From Bradymonadia bacterium (GTDB taxonomy: Bacteria; Myxococcota_A; Bradymonadia; UBA7976; UBA1532): DNA of 64,000 nucleotides. The notes below the pieces were generated by a model. The model did no database searches and was not told the DNA's origin. It saw nothing but the letters and a program-made list of their open reading frames with translations. The position numbers were made by a program, and so were the translations under genes. Positions 30,325-39,843 of the stretch are shown piece after piece. The first letter of the stretch is position 1. Each line of letters starts with the position of its first letter. The stretch covers positions 64,001-128,000 of the forward strand of contig JBKAGE010000080.1 of assembly GCA_046290225.1 (NCBI GenBank). Direction: 5' to 3'.

Positions 30325-30817
30325 GCTGGGGCTGTGTAGGCAGTCATCGCTTCGCTCTGCCTGCGTAGGCGCCCGGTCTTCGGCAGCCCTTCGGGCCGCC
30401 TCGTCGGTCGCGTACACGTCGGCACACTCGCTGGCGCGAGCAGGCCTCCGGGTAGGCAGGGTCGCTCAGGGCTGCGCCCTGTTTGCTCGCTCCCCTGCGT
30501 AAAAAGTCAGTTCTGGTGTGGCTTTGGGGGTACTTTCAACGCTATTGGGGCTTACGCCGAACGTTTGATGTTCAGAAGCTTGTACGTTCGCGGCAGGTCG
30601 AGTGCCGGCAGACATCAGCAACAAGATACAGAAGAAGCTCTTTACGCAGGGGAGCGAGCGAGTAAGGCGAAGCCTTGAGCGACCCTGCTTACCCGGAGGC
30701 CTGCTCGCTTCAGCGAGCGTGGCGACGTGTACGCAGCTCCAAGGCGGGCCGAAGGCCGGCCGTCGGCAGCTGCCTACGCAGGCAGAGCGAAGCGATGACT
30801 GCCTTCACAGCCCCAGC
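30325..30817. repeat. Large imperfect fold-back element (REPIN/BIME/MITE-like), copy C
   Basis: Arms 30325-30506 and 30638-30817 are reverse complements (e.g. GGCAGTCATCGCTTCGCTCTGCCTGCGTAGGC / GCCTACGCAGGCAGAGCGAAGCGATGACTGCC); 131-bp core; lies between convergent genes. Confidence 0.9.
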
Positions 30818-30876
30818 CACCTACGGCCGCCCCAGCCCTATTCGACTCTGAATCAAGGCTCTCAAAGGCCCTCACC

Positions 30877-31416
30877 TCAGGGCAACACCATCTCGCAGTT
30901 GTTGGGGAAGGCGCTGCGACCAGCGGTGGTCTCACACAGACAATCCTTGATGGCCAGGTTGGCGCAGCGGCCCGACATCCCACCGAAGTACGTCATGCAG
31001 ATGCCACGCTGAGGCGGACACTGGCGGTTATTGGGGCCACCACACTCCGTCATGTCGTCGCGGACGCAGGCGCCCTCGTCGCAGATGTAGCTCTCAGGGC
31101 AGGGCGTCGCTTCGTCACACGCCTCGCCGAGAGCCTCGCACATGAAGGGGGGGGCTGCGTCGGGCAGCGGCTCAGCGTCGGCGCGGGGCTCGGCATCAGG
31201 CATGGCCTCTGCGTCGGGCACCTCGGCGTCGAGATCCATCTCGCCGCCGGCACCAGCCTCGCCGCCTGCACCTGCTTCACCACCGCCGGCTCCGGCCTCG
31301 CCACCACCGGCACCCGCGACGGCTCCGCCCTCACCACCAGAATCACTGTCGTCGTCACAGCCGACCGTGAGGGCCAAAGCGAGTGACATCCACACCATTG
31401 CGCTCTTGATTTGCAT
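30877..31416 (-). CDS. Small Gly-rich/Cys-rich lipoprotein
   Basis: Lipobox TVGC, GGEAGA repeats, PDAEP repeats, Cys-rich C-terminus. Confidence 0.75.
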   Translation of the reverse strand: MQIKSAMVWMSLALALTVGCDDDSDSGGEGGAVAGAGGGEAGAGGGEAGAGGEAGAGGEMDLDAEVPDAEAMPDAEPRADAEPLPDAAPPFMCEALGEACDEATPCPESYICDEGACVRDDMTECGGPNNRQCPPQRGICMTYFGGMSGRCANLAIKDCLCETTAGRSAFPNNCEMVLP

Positions 31417-31648
31417 GATCGTTCTCCCGTGAGTCGACGCCGCCTCTTACCGGTCAGGGGGGATCATACGCAAGTAGATCGACGCGCCAAGCCCATGAAG
31501 AAGCCTCATGTGGGGGCCTCACCGGGGGCTTAAATTTCCTCCCATTTGCATCTTTCGTGTCGTGAGGGTGCACACACCCGGGCGTTCCGGTTACACTCCG
31601 GCGTCGTACGATACTGATCTTGAAACCCTGTTTGGAGTTGAGGCCGCC

Positions 31649-32887
31649 ATGCGTTCCAGCAAGAGGCTCACCGATTTTCTCACCCTTGTGTTCTCTATCT
31701 CCCTGGCCACGGCCGTCGTCGGCTGTGACTCCGAGGAGTCCGAAGGCGACAACGGCGGTGCCGGTGGCGCCGGCGCGGTCGGGGGTGAAGCCGGCGGTGG
31801 CGCTGGCGGTGCCGCAGGTGGCGAAGCTGGCGCTGGTGGCGGCGAAGCTGGCGCTGGTGGCGGCGAGGCCGGTGCCGGTGGTGGCGAGGCTGGTGCAGGC
31901 GGCGGCGAGGCCGGCGCTGGTGGTATGGCCATGGGCGGCGAGGGCGGCGGCGAGCCCCCTGCCCCTGTGTGCGAGGGCAACGAGTTCTTCGTGAACAGCG
32001 AGCTCGCCCGTTTCCAGGATCCGGGCTTCCGCTACATCGGCATCGATGACCGCTTCAACGGCCCCATCTCCTTCATCAGCGTCGAGGTGGGTGACACCGT
32101 CGAGGCCGGGTCCTACGACCTCGCCGGCACCAACTTCAACGACTGTGAGGTCTGTGTCTACGCCGCTCAGGGCTGTGGCGAGAACGGCTGCGAGAAGATC
32201 TTCTACGCCGACGAGGGCTCTGTGGAGATCACCGGCTTCGACGGGCCCGGCGGTCAGTGGCAGGCCAACTTCAACAACACCATCTTCACCGAGGTGGACC
32301 TCGGCCCCGGCAACGTCTCCACCCCCGTCGACGGCGGCGAGACTTTCTGCATGGCCGACCAGGCCTTCGACGTCACCCTGCCCTCCCTCGTCAACCATCC
32401 GGTGCCCAACTTCGAGCTTCAGAACTGCGCCACCGGTGAGTTCGAGAGCATGCACGACATCGTCGGCGACATCCCCGCCCTCTGGATCGTGCTCAGCGCC
32501 GGCTGGTGCAGCGCCTGTCACCAGTTCATCCCCAACGTGATGCTGCCCACGGCTCAGGCTCGCCCCGACGCCATCAAACCCATCATCATCGTTGGTGAAG
32601 ACGACAACTTCGGCCCCGTGGACCTTGACTTCTGCGAGCGCTACGCCTCTCGCTACGAGGCCTACGACGCCGATCTGAGCATGTTCTACATCGACCACGA
32701 CGGCACCAGCAGCTTCTCCACCATGTTCGCCAACATGTGGGCCTACTTCGGCCCCAACGGCGAGTTCGGTCTGCCCTGGAACGGCCTCATCCGCGGTGGT
32801 GACAACGTGTACTTCTACGGCGACGGCGCTTCTGGCCAGGGCCGTGAGGGCCTCACCGATGCCCTGAACACGCTCATCGGCGAGTGA
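31649..32887 (+). CDS. Lipoprotein with Gly-rich linker and C-terminal thioredoxin-like (redoxin) domain
   Basis: Lipobox VVGC; VPNFELQ...WIVLSAGWCSAC...GLPWN. Confidence 0.7.
   Translation: MRSSKRLTDFLTLVFSISLATAVVGCDSEESEGDNGGAGGAGAVGGEAGGGAGGAAGGEAGAGGGEAGAGGGEAGAGGGEAGAGGGEAGAGGMAMGGEGGGEPPAPVCEGNEFFVNSELARFQDPGFRYIGIDDRFNGPISFISVEVGDTVEAGSYDLAGTNFNDCEVCVYAAQGCGENGCEKIFYADEGSVEITGFDGPGGQWQANFNNTIFTEVDLGPGNVSTPVDGGETFCMADQAFDVTLPSLVNHPVPNFELQNCATGEFESMHDIVGDIPALWIVLSAGWCSACHQFIPNVMLPTAQARPDAIKPIIIVGEDDNFGPVDLDFCERYASRYEAYDADLSMFYIDHDGTSSFSTMFANMWAYFGPNGEFGLPWNGLIRGGDNVYFYGDGASGQGREGLTDALNTLIGE
31817..31918 (+). repeat. In-frame 21-bp tandem repeat (about 5 copies, GGGEAGA)
   Basis: GGTGGCGGCGAAGCTGGCGCT-like units in tandem. 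Confidence 0.8.
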
Positions 32888-33969
32888 TTTCGCCTTTCCC
32901 TCCTGCGCTCCGTGGCTGCATCTTGCTGGCCACGCTCGCCTGCCTGAGCGCCTGCGACAGCGACACATCTTCTTCAGATACTGTTGATGCAGCCCAGTTC
33001 GAAGGTGATGCCTCACCTCAACAGCTCGGCATGCCTGATGCGTCTGCTCAGACAGATGCAGGGCTCGCGTCGGACGCCGAGACCAGCGATGGTGGGGTAT
33101 CCCTCGCCGATGCCGGGCCTCCACCGACCGTAGATGAGTGCTTTGGCGACATCGTCGGCGCCCTCGGCCCTGACTATTCGCCGTATGATCCGGTCATGGG
33201 ACACCACTGCCTGGGCACGAACCATCAGACCATCGAGGGGGTGCAACGGGTGGTCTTCCTCGGTGACTCGGTCACCAAGGGCACCCCGCCGACCCGTCGA
33301 GAAGAGTACTACCGCAATGTGCTCGGTGAGCGACTCACCGCATTGTGGGGTGACGATCTCGTCATCGACGACTGCTCAGATCTCGGCGCCCGAACCGACG
33401 ACTTCCTGCTGGGTAAAAAGCAGATCGAACGGTGCTTCCCCGAGGGCGGCGACGAGCGCACCACCCTGGTGGTCTTCACAATGGGTGGGAACGACATCTT
33501 CGAATGGGCCCAGGCCGATCTCGACCTCGACGACGCCCTCGTCGAAGCCGACAAAGCCGCCGAGCTGCTCGACGATGCCATCACTTGGCTCACGACACCG
33601 CGACGGTTCCCCAACGGATCTTTCGTGATCTTCGCCAATCCGTACGAGTACACCGACGCCACGGGCGATCTCGCCTCGTGTGACATCGCTCGCCGGGTGG
33701 GCATCACCGAGAACTGGCTGCGGGGGGCCCCTTCGGTGGTCTACTTCCAGTCGCGATACATGGAGATCGCCACACGCCATCAGGTGGATCTGATTTTCAC
33801 CTTGGAGCACTTCTGCGGCCACGGGTTCCACAACGAGAACCCGGAGAGTCAGTGCTATCGGGGCCCGAACACCCCGCGGTGGTTCGACTTCACGTGCATC
33901 CACCCCACCCCTGAGGGGCACGGGGTCATCGCCGACATGTTCGAGGCCGTCGTCATCGATCGTCGCTGA
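32884..33969 (+). CDS. SGNH/GDSL hydrolase lipoprotein
   Basis: Lipobox LSAC; VFLGDSVT, TMGGND, CIHPTPEGH. Confidence 0.85.
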   Translation: MISPFPPALRGCILLATLACLSACDSDTSSSDTVDAAQFEGDASPQQLGMPDASAQTDAGLASDAETSDGGVSLADAGPPPTVDECFGDIVGALGPDYSPYDPVMGHHCLGTNHQTIEGVQRVVFLGDSVTKGTPPTRREEYYRNVLGERLTALWGDDLVIDDCSDLGARTDDFLLGKKQIERCFPEGGDERTTLVVFTMGGNDIFEWAQADLDLDDALVEADKAAELLDDAITWLTTPRRFPNGSFVIFANPYEYTDATGDLASCDIARRVGITENWLRGAPSVVYFQSRYMEIATRHQVDLIFTLEHFCGHGFHNENPESQCYRGPNTPRWFDFTCIHPTPEGHGVIADMFEAVVIDRR

Positions 33970-33987
33970 GCCACAAGGCTCGGCGAC

Positions 33988-35013
33988 TCATCGACAGGCG
34001 CCAGCCTCAGCGCAATCAGCATCAGCACAGTCAACCTGGCCGTCACCGTCGTTGTCGATGGTGTCGAGGCAGAACCCTGCCTCATCTTCACGACACAGGC
34101 TCACCAGGGCGTTTCGGCTACAGCCGAAGTCTTCGCAGTCGACGAAGCCGTTCTCGTCGTTGTCGATGCCGTCGCTGCACAGCTCGTCGGTGTTCTCCGC
34201 AGGGCCACACACGGTGACCCAGGGGTTGCGACCGCAGCCGAAGTCTTCACAGTCGGTGAAGCCATTCTCGTCATTGTCGAGCCCGTCTCCACACAGGATG
34301 TTCCGGTTCTCGGCCATGGGGCAGACCGTCACCGTGGGCGTGTACGTGCAGTGGAAGTCGTCGCAATCGGTGAAGCCGTCACCATCATCGTCGATCCCAT
34401 TGCTGCAACGGGCGTCGGTGGCCTCGTGCAATTGGGGATCATAAGGACCCTCTGGCGCAGGGCCACCGCCGGCGCCACCAAGCGCCCCGCCCATGCCACC
34501 GGCGCCGGCCACAGGCTCGCCGCCCATACCACCAGCACCGGCCACGGGCTCACCACCCGCCCCTCCGGCACCGGCCACAGGCTCGCCGCCTGCGCCACCT
34601 GTCATCCCGCCGGCACCGGCCACAGGCTCACCGCCCATGCCACCGGCACCGCCAGCACCAGCCACGGGCTCACCACCAGCACCACCCGTCATACCACCCG
34701 CGCCAGCGACGGGCTCACCGCCAGTGCCGCCCATGGACATGCCACCAGAGCCACCCACAGGGGTGCGGCCGTCACCGCAGTCAGTGCTGGGCAAACGATC
34801 TTCGGGGGACTGGCCAACAACGCAGAGCATGTCGACGCAGACCCCTTGAGCGGCGCCGTTGCGCGTCTCTGCAGAGCAGCAGGGACCCACGATTTCAGTG
34901 TCTCTCAGCTGACACTGCTCTGCACTGTCGTTGTCAGATTCACAGCCCAGGGTGAGCGCGGTCAGCGCCGCCCAGGCCAGCGTCGTCCATCGTCGGTTCA
35001 AAGTGATGCGCAT
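33988..35013 (-). CDS. Lipoprotein with GGEPVAGAGG repeats and four Ca-binding-like CxDGxDNDxNGxxDCxDxxC repeats
   Basis: Lipobox TLGC; AGGAGG RBS; repeat motifs read directly. Confidence 0.8.
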   Translation of the reverse strand: MRITLNRRWTTLAWAALTALTLGCESDNDSAEQCQLRDTEIVGPCCSAETRNGAAQGVCVDMLCVVGQSPEDRLPSTDCGDGRTPVGGSGGMSMGGTGGEPVAGAGGMTGGAGGEPVAGAGGAGGMGGEPVAGAGGMTGGAGGEPVAGAGGAGGEPVAGAGGMGGEPVAGAGGMGGALGGAGGGPAPEGPYDPQLHEATDARCSNGIDDDGDGFTDCDDFHCTYTPTVTVCPMAENRNILCGDGLDNDENGFTDCEDFGCGRNPWVTVCGPAENTDELCSDGIDNDENGFVDCEDFGCSRNALVSLCREDEAGFCLDTIDNDGDGQVDCADADCAEAGACR

Positions 35014-35234
35014 GGGTCCTCCTGCATAATCGCGCGCTTGGTAACATGTCGCGGCAGGGTGGTTCAATGTGATGTGCTGGATGAGGGCTCGATGGCGTGT
35101 GACGAGAAGAGGAGGAAACGGTGTCGGTCCACCACGGGCAGGACTGTAGAAGACAGCTGATGGACCGACACCGCCCAAGGTGGGCTGAGCAAGAGAGGTA
35201 TGCACCTCTTGGGGTAGGTTGCATGCCTTGGTTG

Positions 35235-35251
35235 AGCAACCCGTGTGCCAA
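35235..35251 (-). promoter_or_regulatory. Sigma-54 -24/-12 promoter
   Basis: Minus strand reads TTGGCACACGGGTTGCT, an exact TGGCAC-N5-TTGC match, divergent from a sigma-54 activator gene. Confidence 0.8.
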
Positions 35252-35310
35252 GCAGCGGACGCTGGCATTTTCCTGGCATCATGGCCACAATCCATTCATC
35301 GACGCGAATC

Positions 35311-35335
35311 CATGTGTAGCGTTGCGCTACACATG
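35311..35335. promoter_or_regulatory. Perfect 11-bp palindrome, probable upstream activator sequence
   Basis: CATGTGTAGCG-TTG-CGCTACACATG, centred about 100 bp upstream of the inferred sigma-54 start site. Confidence 0.6.
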
Positions 35336-35353
35336 ACGCGAAAGAGGTCAGTC

Positions 35354-37339
35354 ATGGACAACACCCCCCTGGTCCTCGAAGACGTCGCACTGACGCAGTG
35401 GTCACGTTTTGTCGAAAGCAATGGCCAACCTTCGACCCTCGTCCCCAGCACGCTCTCACGGTGTTGGCGTCGGGTGATCGAGCTGGGGGTGGATCCCAAC
35501 GGCGAGCGCCCGACAGATCACCTGTTGCGTGGTTCAGACCTGTCGGATCGGCGAGCAGCCCTAGAATCAGTCTGGTCGATCTCCAACCAGGTGTTTCAAG
35601 AGGCAGCCCAGGCTTTCTCCGACCGCGACTACATCACGTTGCTCACGGATCGCGATGGAGTGGTCCTGCAATCCCTCGGGGGCGGCAACTTCTCCGACAT
35701 GGCCCGGTCGTCCCTGCTCATCGAGGGGGCCTGCTGGGGTGAGCCACACCGAGGCACCAATGCCATCGGCACCGCCATCGCGGAGAAGCGTCCGGTGGTG
35801 GTCCACGGGCGTGCACACTTCGAGCGTTCGAACCATGAGCTGGTGTGCTATGCCAGCCCGATTCGCGATCCCTATGGAGAGGTCATCGCCGTCCTCGACG
35901 CGACATCCTTCTCTGTTGCAGCTGATCCCTTCGTACACCACGCGATCCGCACAGCGGCCCGCGCCGTGGAGGAGATGATCCGGCTGCAAGCATATGCGGG
36001 GGTGGGACCCGGCATGCTGCAAACGCTGAGCAGCACGCTCGACCGCATCGACGGGCCCGCCTTCCTCGTGGAACGCCCAGGTGTGATTCGACATGCCAAC
36101 GTGCATGCGCTGCAAAGCTATGCGCTGCGCCCTGGCTACACCTCACTCTCGAGTCTGGTGTCGATGAGCTGGGACGACCTGCTCCACGAGATCGTCAAGC
36201 CTTCTCGAGGCGGCCATGCAGTTGTTGACGCCCTGGGCCGGCAACATCTCTTGCGAGCAGAGCCCATCTTCGGCCCTCAAGAGCAAGTGCTGGCCACGCT
36301 GGTGATTCTGACGCCCTCTCGTGCAGGCCGCTCGACGCCTGTCCGAACGCCTGCCCCACGCAAAACGACGGATCCGTTCGATCCGATCTTTTGTGCTGAT
36401 CCACAGGTGGCACAGGCGGTGAGCACAGCCCGACGCGTGGCCCGGAGCAATCTGCCGGTGATGCTCCTCGCGGAGAGCGGTACAGGCAAGGAGCTGTTCG
36501 CCCAGGCGATCCACAAAGCGAGCCGCCGCGCTGATGGGCCCTTCGTGGCCCTGAACTGCGGCGCGCTGTCGCCGAATCTCTTGGAGAGCGAGCTGTTCGG
36601 CTACGGGCCGGGGGCCTTCACAGGGGCAGATCGCCGCGGCCGCGACGGTCAGCTCCAGGCAGCCCACGAGGGTACGTTGTTCCTCGACGAAGTGGCGGAG
36701 ATGCCTCAAACGATGCAGGCGATGTTGCTGCGGGTTCTGGAGACGGGCCGCTTCCACCGTGTGGGTGAGACCCAGGAACGCCAGGTGAGCGTGCGCCTGA
36801 TTTGTGCCACCTGCGCCGAGCTGCCTCGCATGGTGGCGGAGAAGCGTTTTCGCAGCGATCTCTACTATCGCCTCAAAGGCATCTCGCTGGCGCTGCCTAC
36901 GCTCCGAGCCCGCACGGATGTGGTGCCTCTCGCGGAGTACCTGCTGGAGCGTATCTGCCATGATGAGGGCTTCGAGCATGTACCCGAGCTCTCTCCGGAG
37001 TTCGGGCAATGGCTCACCCGCTTCGACTGGCCTGGCAATGTCAGAGAGCTGCGTACAACGCTGCACTGCGCGCTCATCATGTCGGGTGATGCGCCGGTCC
37101 TCACTCTGGAGCACCTGCCTCCGGGCACTGAGCTCTCCATCTTCACCGAGCCTGCACCGTCGACCACACCCACACCCGGTAACCATCTGGCTTCAGGTCG
37201 AAACCTCAACGGCCTGGAAGGTGAGGCGGTCCGCACGGCCCTGAGAGAGGCTGCAGGCAACGTAAGCCAGGCAGCCCGTACCCTCGGCGTGGCTCGAAGC
37301 ACGCTCTACCGCATGATGAAACGTCACGGCTTGGACTGA
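35354..37339 (+). CDS. GAF-containing sigma-54-dependent Fis-family activator (AcoR-like)
   Basis: GAF (GTNAIGTA, CYASPI), AESGTGKE, ESELFG, GAFTGA, LFLDEV, WPGNVREL, HTH GNVSQAARTLGVARSTLYR. Confidence 0.92.
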   Translation: MDNTPLVLEDVALTQWSRFVESNGQPSTLVPSTLSRCWRRVIELGVDPNGERPTDHLLRGSDLSDRRAALESVWSISNQVFQEAAQAFSDRDYITLLTDRDGVVLQSLGGGNFSDMARSSLLIEGACWGEPHRGTNAIGTAIAEKRPVVVHGRAHFERSNHELVCYASPIRDPYGEVIAVLDATSFSVAADPFVHHAIRTAARAVEEMIRLQAYAGVGPGMLQTLSSTLDRIDGPAFLVERPGVIRHANVHALQSYALRPGYTSLSSLVSMSWDDLLHEIVKPSRGGHAVVDALGRQHLLRAEPIFGPQEQVLATLVILTPSRAGRSTPVRTPAPRKTTDPFDPIFCADPQVAQAVSTARRVARSNLPVMLLAESGTGKELFAQAIHKASRRADGPFVALNCGALSPNLLESELFGYGPGAFTGADRRGRDGQLQAAHEGTLFLDEVAEMPQTMQAMLLRVLETGRFHRVGETQERQVSVRLICATCAELPRMVAEKRFRSDLYYRLKGISLALPTLRARTDVVPLAEYLLERICHDEGFEHVPELSPEFGQWLTRFDWPGNVRELRTTLHCALIMSGDAPVLTLEHLPPGTELSIFTEPAPSTTPTPGNHLASGRNLNGLEGEAVRTALREAAGNVSQAARTLGVARSTLYRMMKRHGLD

Positions 37340-37360
37340 GCGTTCCTCGTGCAGTGTACG

Positions 37361-38509
37361 TCACCATCCCCTGGCGGGGTGCCATTGCTCGACGACGGTG
37401 TCTCCCTCTACGACGTGATACCGCTCGAAGAGCGCCGCCGAGAGGCAACTGTGATTGGGGATGATGCGCACCCGCTCTCCGATGTGCCATCTCGGATCTT
37501 CGGCTTCGACTCTCAGACCGCCTTCGACTTTGATGACGCCGTGCTCCTGACTGAGCGAGACGATTTTGAGCCCGTCGATACGCTTCTGCTCAGCGTCGAC
37601 GACGATGCCGTAGCCACACTCTGGATCGACGTGGGTGGGCCCTGGGTCCTTGCTCAACGCCAGGGCCCCGGCATTGACGACGAGCGTGCCCCGCTCGGGG
37701 TAGCGCCCGATGATGGTGGCGACCACGCTGTAGGCGATCTCGTCGAGTGCGCAGCTGCCAATGGCGTGTTGAAACGCATCGAACAACGCATAGTTGCCTG
37801 GCCGCACTTCGGTGACCCCCTCCAAGCCTGCGGCGTGCGTGAGTGTGGGGGTCGATCCCAGGCTGACGCCGTGGATCTCGATGCCGAGGGCCCGAAGCCG
37901 CTGAGCGCACCGAACGATGGCATCCCGCTCTTGCTCCGCGACCTGTACGATCTCTTCTGAGGTGGTGCAGGCATATGATTGGCCTCCGTGGGTCAGCAAC
38001 CCCCGCAGCTCGATCCAAGGTGATGCTTGAGCGCGCTCTGCAAGCCGCTGGATCTCCTGGCCCTCAGGGCTCAATCCACCGCGAGCGTCGCCGCAGTCTA
38101 TCTCCAGCCACACGCCCAGGGCACACTGCCGCAGCGCCCCTTCTCGGGCGATGGCTTCAAGTATCGTGGGATGGTCACACAACACATCGAGCCGCTCTAT
38201 CTCGGGCCATGCATTGAGTTCAAATATGTGACTGATCTGTTCGAGAGCGGGCGGTACAGCCCACAAGATGTCTCTGACCCCTGCCCTGGCGAACGCTCTG
38301 GCCTCGGCGAGGGTGCTGACGGTGACGCTGTGGTGATCGCCGGCGAGCTGATGTGCGAGCCCCTCAGGCGATTTGTGGGTCTTTGCGTGGGGCCGCAACG
38401 CCACCCCGAGCCTGGCCGCCCGTGCGCTCATGTTCTGACAATTTCGAATGAACCGCTGTCGGTCGATGACGGCGCATGGTGTGGTGACGTCTTTCAATTG
38501 AGTGGGCAT
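37361..38509 (-). CDS. D-threonine aldolase / D-serine dehydratase (DSD1)-like fold-type III PLP enzyme
   Basis: RPHAKTHK, EIDCGDARGG, HGGQSY, GSTPT, EVRPGNY, SQEHG, PNHSC. Confidence 0.88.
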   Translation of the reverse strand: MPTQLKDVTTPCAVIDRQRFIRNCQNMSARAARLGVALRPHAKTHKSPEGLAHQLAGDHHSVTVSTLAEARAFARAGVRDILWAVPPALEQISHIFELNAWPEIERLDVLCDHPTILEAIAREGALRQCALGVWLEIDCGDARGGLSPEGQEIQRLAERAQASPWIELRGLLTHGGQSYACTTSEEIVQVAEQERDAIVRCAQRLRALGIEIHGVSLGSTPTLTHAAGLEGVTEVRPGNYALFDAFQHAIGSCALDEIAYSVVATIIGRYPERGTLVVNAGALALSKDPGPTHVDPECGYGIVVDAEQKRIDGLKIVSLSQEHGVIKVEGGLRVEAEDPRWHIGERVRIIPNHSCLSAALFERYHVVEGDTVVEQWHPARGW

Positions 38510-38529
38510 GTGATCTTACTCTCGGGTGC

Positions 38530-38958
38530 ATGATGGGTCAGACATATCACATCCATGGCACGCTTCATTTCGATCCGCGACCCACGGGCAAGGGGCGAAA
38601 GGGCCGCCGCGCTCACGGCTGGTGCGTGCTCTCGGTGGATCCTGCGCTCGTGCACTATCTCCACTGGCACGTGGCCGCTGCGCATACACTGCCGCTCAAG
38701 CGCCCGGCGTGGCCTGGGGTGGTGCCGGTGGTGCTCGGTGCCACTCCCCGGAGAGGTGCGGATCTCTGGGGGGCTCGGGAGGGCGCCTCTGTATCGCTGG
38801 TGGTGCGAAGAATTTTTACAGAAGATGTGGGGCGCTGGTGGTGCCCTGTCGAATGCCCCGAGATGCGCCAACTCCGCGAAGCTCTAGGGCTTTCACCGCT
38901 GCCTCGCGGAGGCTTCAGACTCTGTGTGGCAGAGCCGGCCCCTTCGAGGCCCGGTTGA
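38530..38958 (+). CDS. Hypothetical protein
   Basis: Fills the intergenic gap; Trp-rich motifs WCVLSVD, WWCPVEC..LREALGL. Confidence 0.45.
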   Translation: MMGQTYHIHGTLHFDPRPTGKGRKGRRAHGWCVLSVDPALVHYLHWHVAAAHTLPLKRPAWPGVVPVVLGATPRRGADLWGAREGASVSLVVRRIFTEDVGRWWCPVECPEMRQLREALGLSPLPRGGFRLCVAEPAPSRPG

Positions 38959-39082
38959 GCTGGACATAGATGATGCCTTTGGGTACCCTGCGCGCCCTCA
39001 CACCCGTGGCCAAAGCTGTCACCGGCTGAATTCAAGCGCCTGAGCAGCAGGTGGTCACAACACAACTGGAGAGCATTCATAG

Positions 39083-39541
39083 ATGATGCAAAGCCTTACT
39101 GAGCACCCCTGGGCCGCAGACGAGTTCCACGGTCAGCAGGAGGTTGGGCTGGAAAGCGTTGGTCTGGAGTCGGTTGCCACCCCAGGCTCGCACGCTGAGA
39201 ACGCCCCGGCCCCTTACTACGCAGAGCTGGTCGAGATGCGGGGGGGTCGCCGTATGATCTTCCGCGCCTTCTTCCACGATTTCAAACAGCTGGGCTTGCA
39301 CCCCCGCTCCCAGGCCCGCCTCGAGGGTCTGGTGAAGCGCGGTGGTCACCTCTTCATCGATCCCGACGGCGAGCAGCCGATCTGTGGTCTGATCAAGGGA
39401 CGCCTCGCTGATTACCCCCGCCTCAACGCCGACGATGAGCAGCACTGCTGCATCGTCCTCGACGCGGATTACACCCCGGCGCCCCGCGACAACATCGACG
39501 CCTTCGCCCGCCAGAAGAAGATCCGCGCGTTTTTGGTCTAG
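39083..39541 (+). CDS. Hypothetical protein
   Basis: GGAG RBS, GC3-biased codons; no recognised motif. Confidence 0.65.
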   Translation: MMQSLTEHPWAADEFHGQQEVGLESVGLESVATPGSHAENAPAPYYAELVEMRGGRRMIFRAFFHDFKQLGLHPRSQARLEGLVKRGGHLFIDPDGEQPICGLIKGRLADYPRLNADDEQHCCIVLDADYTPAPRDNIDAFARQKKIRAFLV

Positions 39542-39692
39542 CTCCGGCGCTCCGGCGGCGCCAGCCGTCGTGAGCGCGGCGATTTCACGCACAGCTGCGG
39601 CGGGCAAATGCTCGACGCAGCGCTGGCAGAAGCCTTCGCTGCGCCTGCGCTTTTCCCACCACATCTGCACGCGAACTCACCACGCTCACGAC

Positions 39693-39843
39693 GACTGTCG
39701 CCACCTCCGCGCCTCCGCGGGGCTCGTGCATAGGTGGGTTATGGCTTTGTGGGGCTCTTTGGGACTTCTGACTGCCGCCTCCGGGCCTCCGCGAGACATG
39801 TGCATAGGTGGGTTGTGGCTTTGTTGGGGTTTTGTGGGGCCGG
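39693..39843. repeat. Imperfect ~75-bp tandem duplication in an intergenic region
   Basis: GCCTCCGCG...GTGCATAGGTGGGTT[A/G]TGGCTTTGT(T)GGGG at 39726-39754 and 39800-39829. Confidence 0.75.

Noticed and set aside
30483..31012. Small ORFs within element C; also 50447-50821 in element B
   Set aside because: No RBS or codon bias, and they span palindromic repeat DNA.
35311..35335. Link between this palindrome (TGTAGCG/CGCTACA) and the CTGTAGCGGACG repeats
   Set aside because: Only a 7-bp match; its position is better explained as an enhancer and coincidence cannot be excluded.
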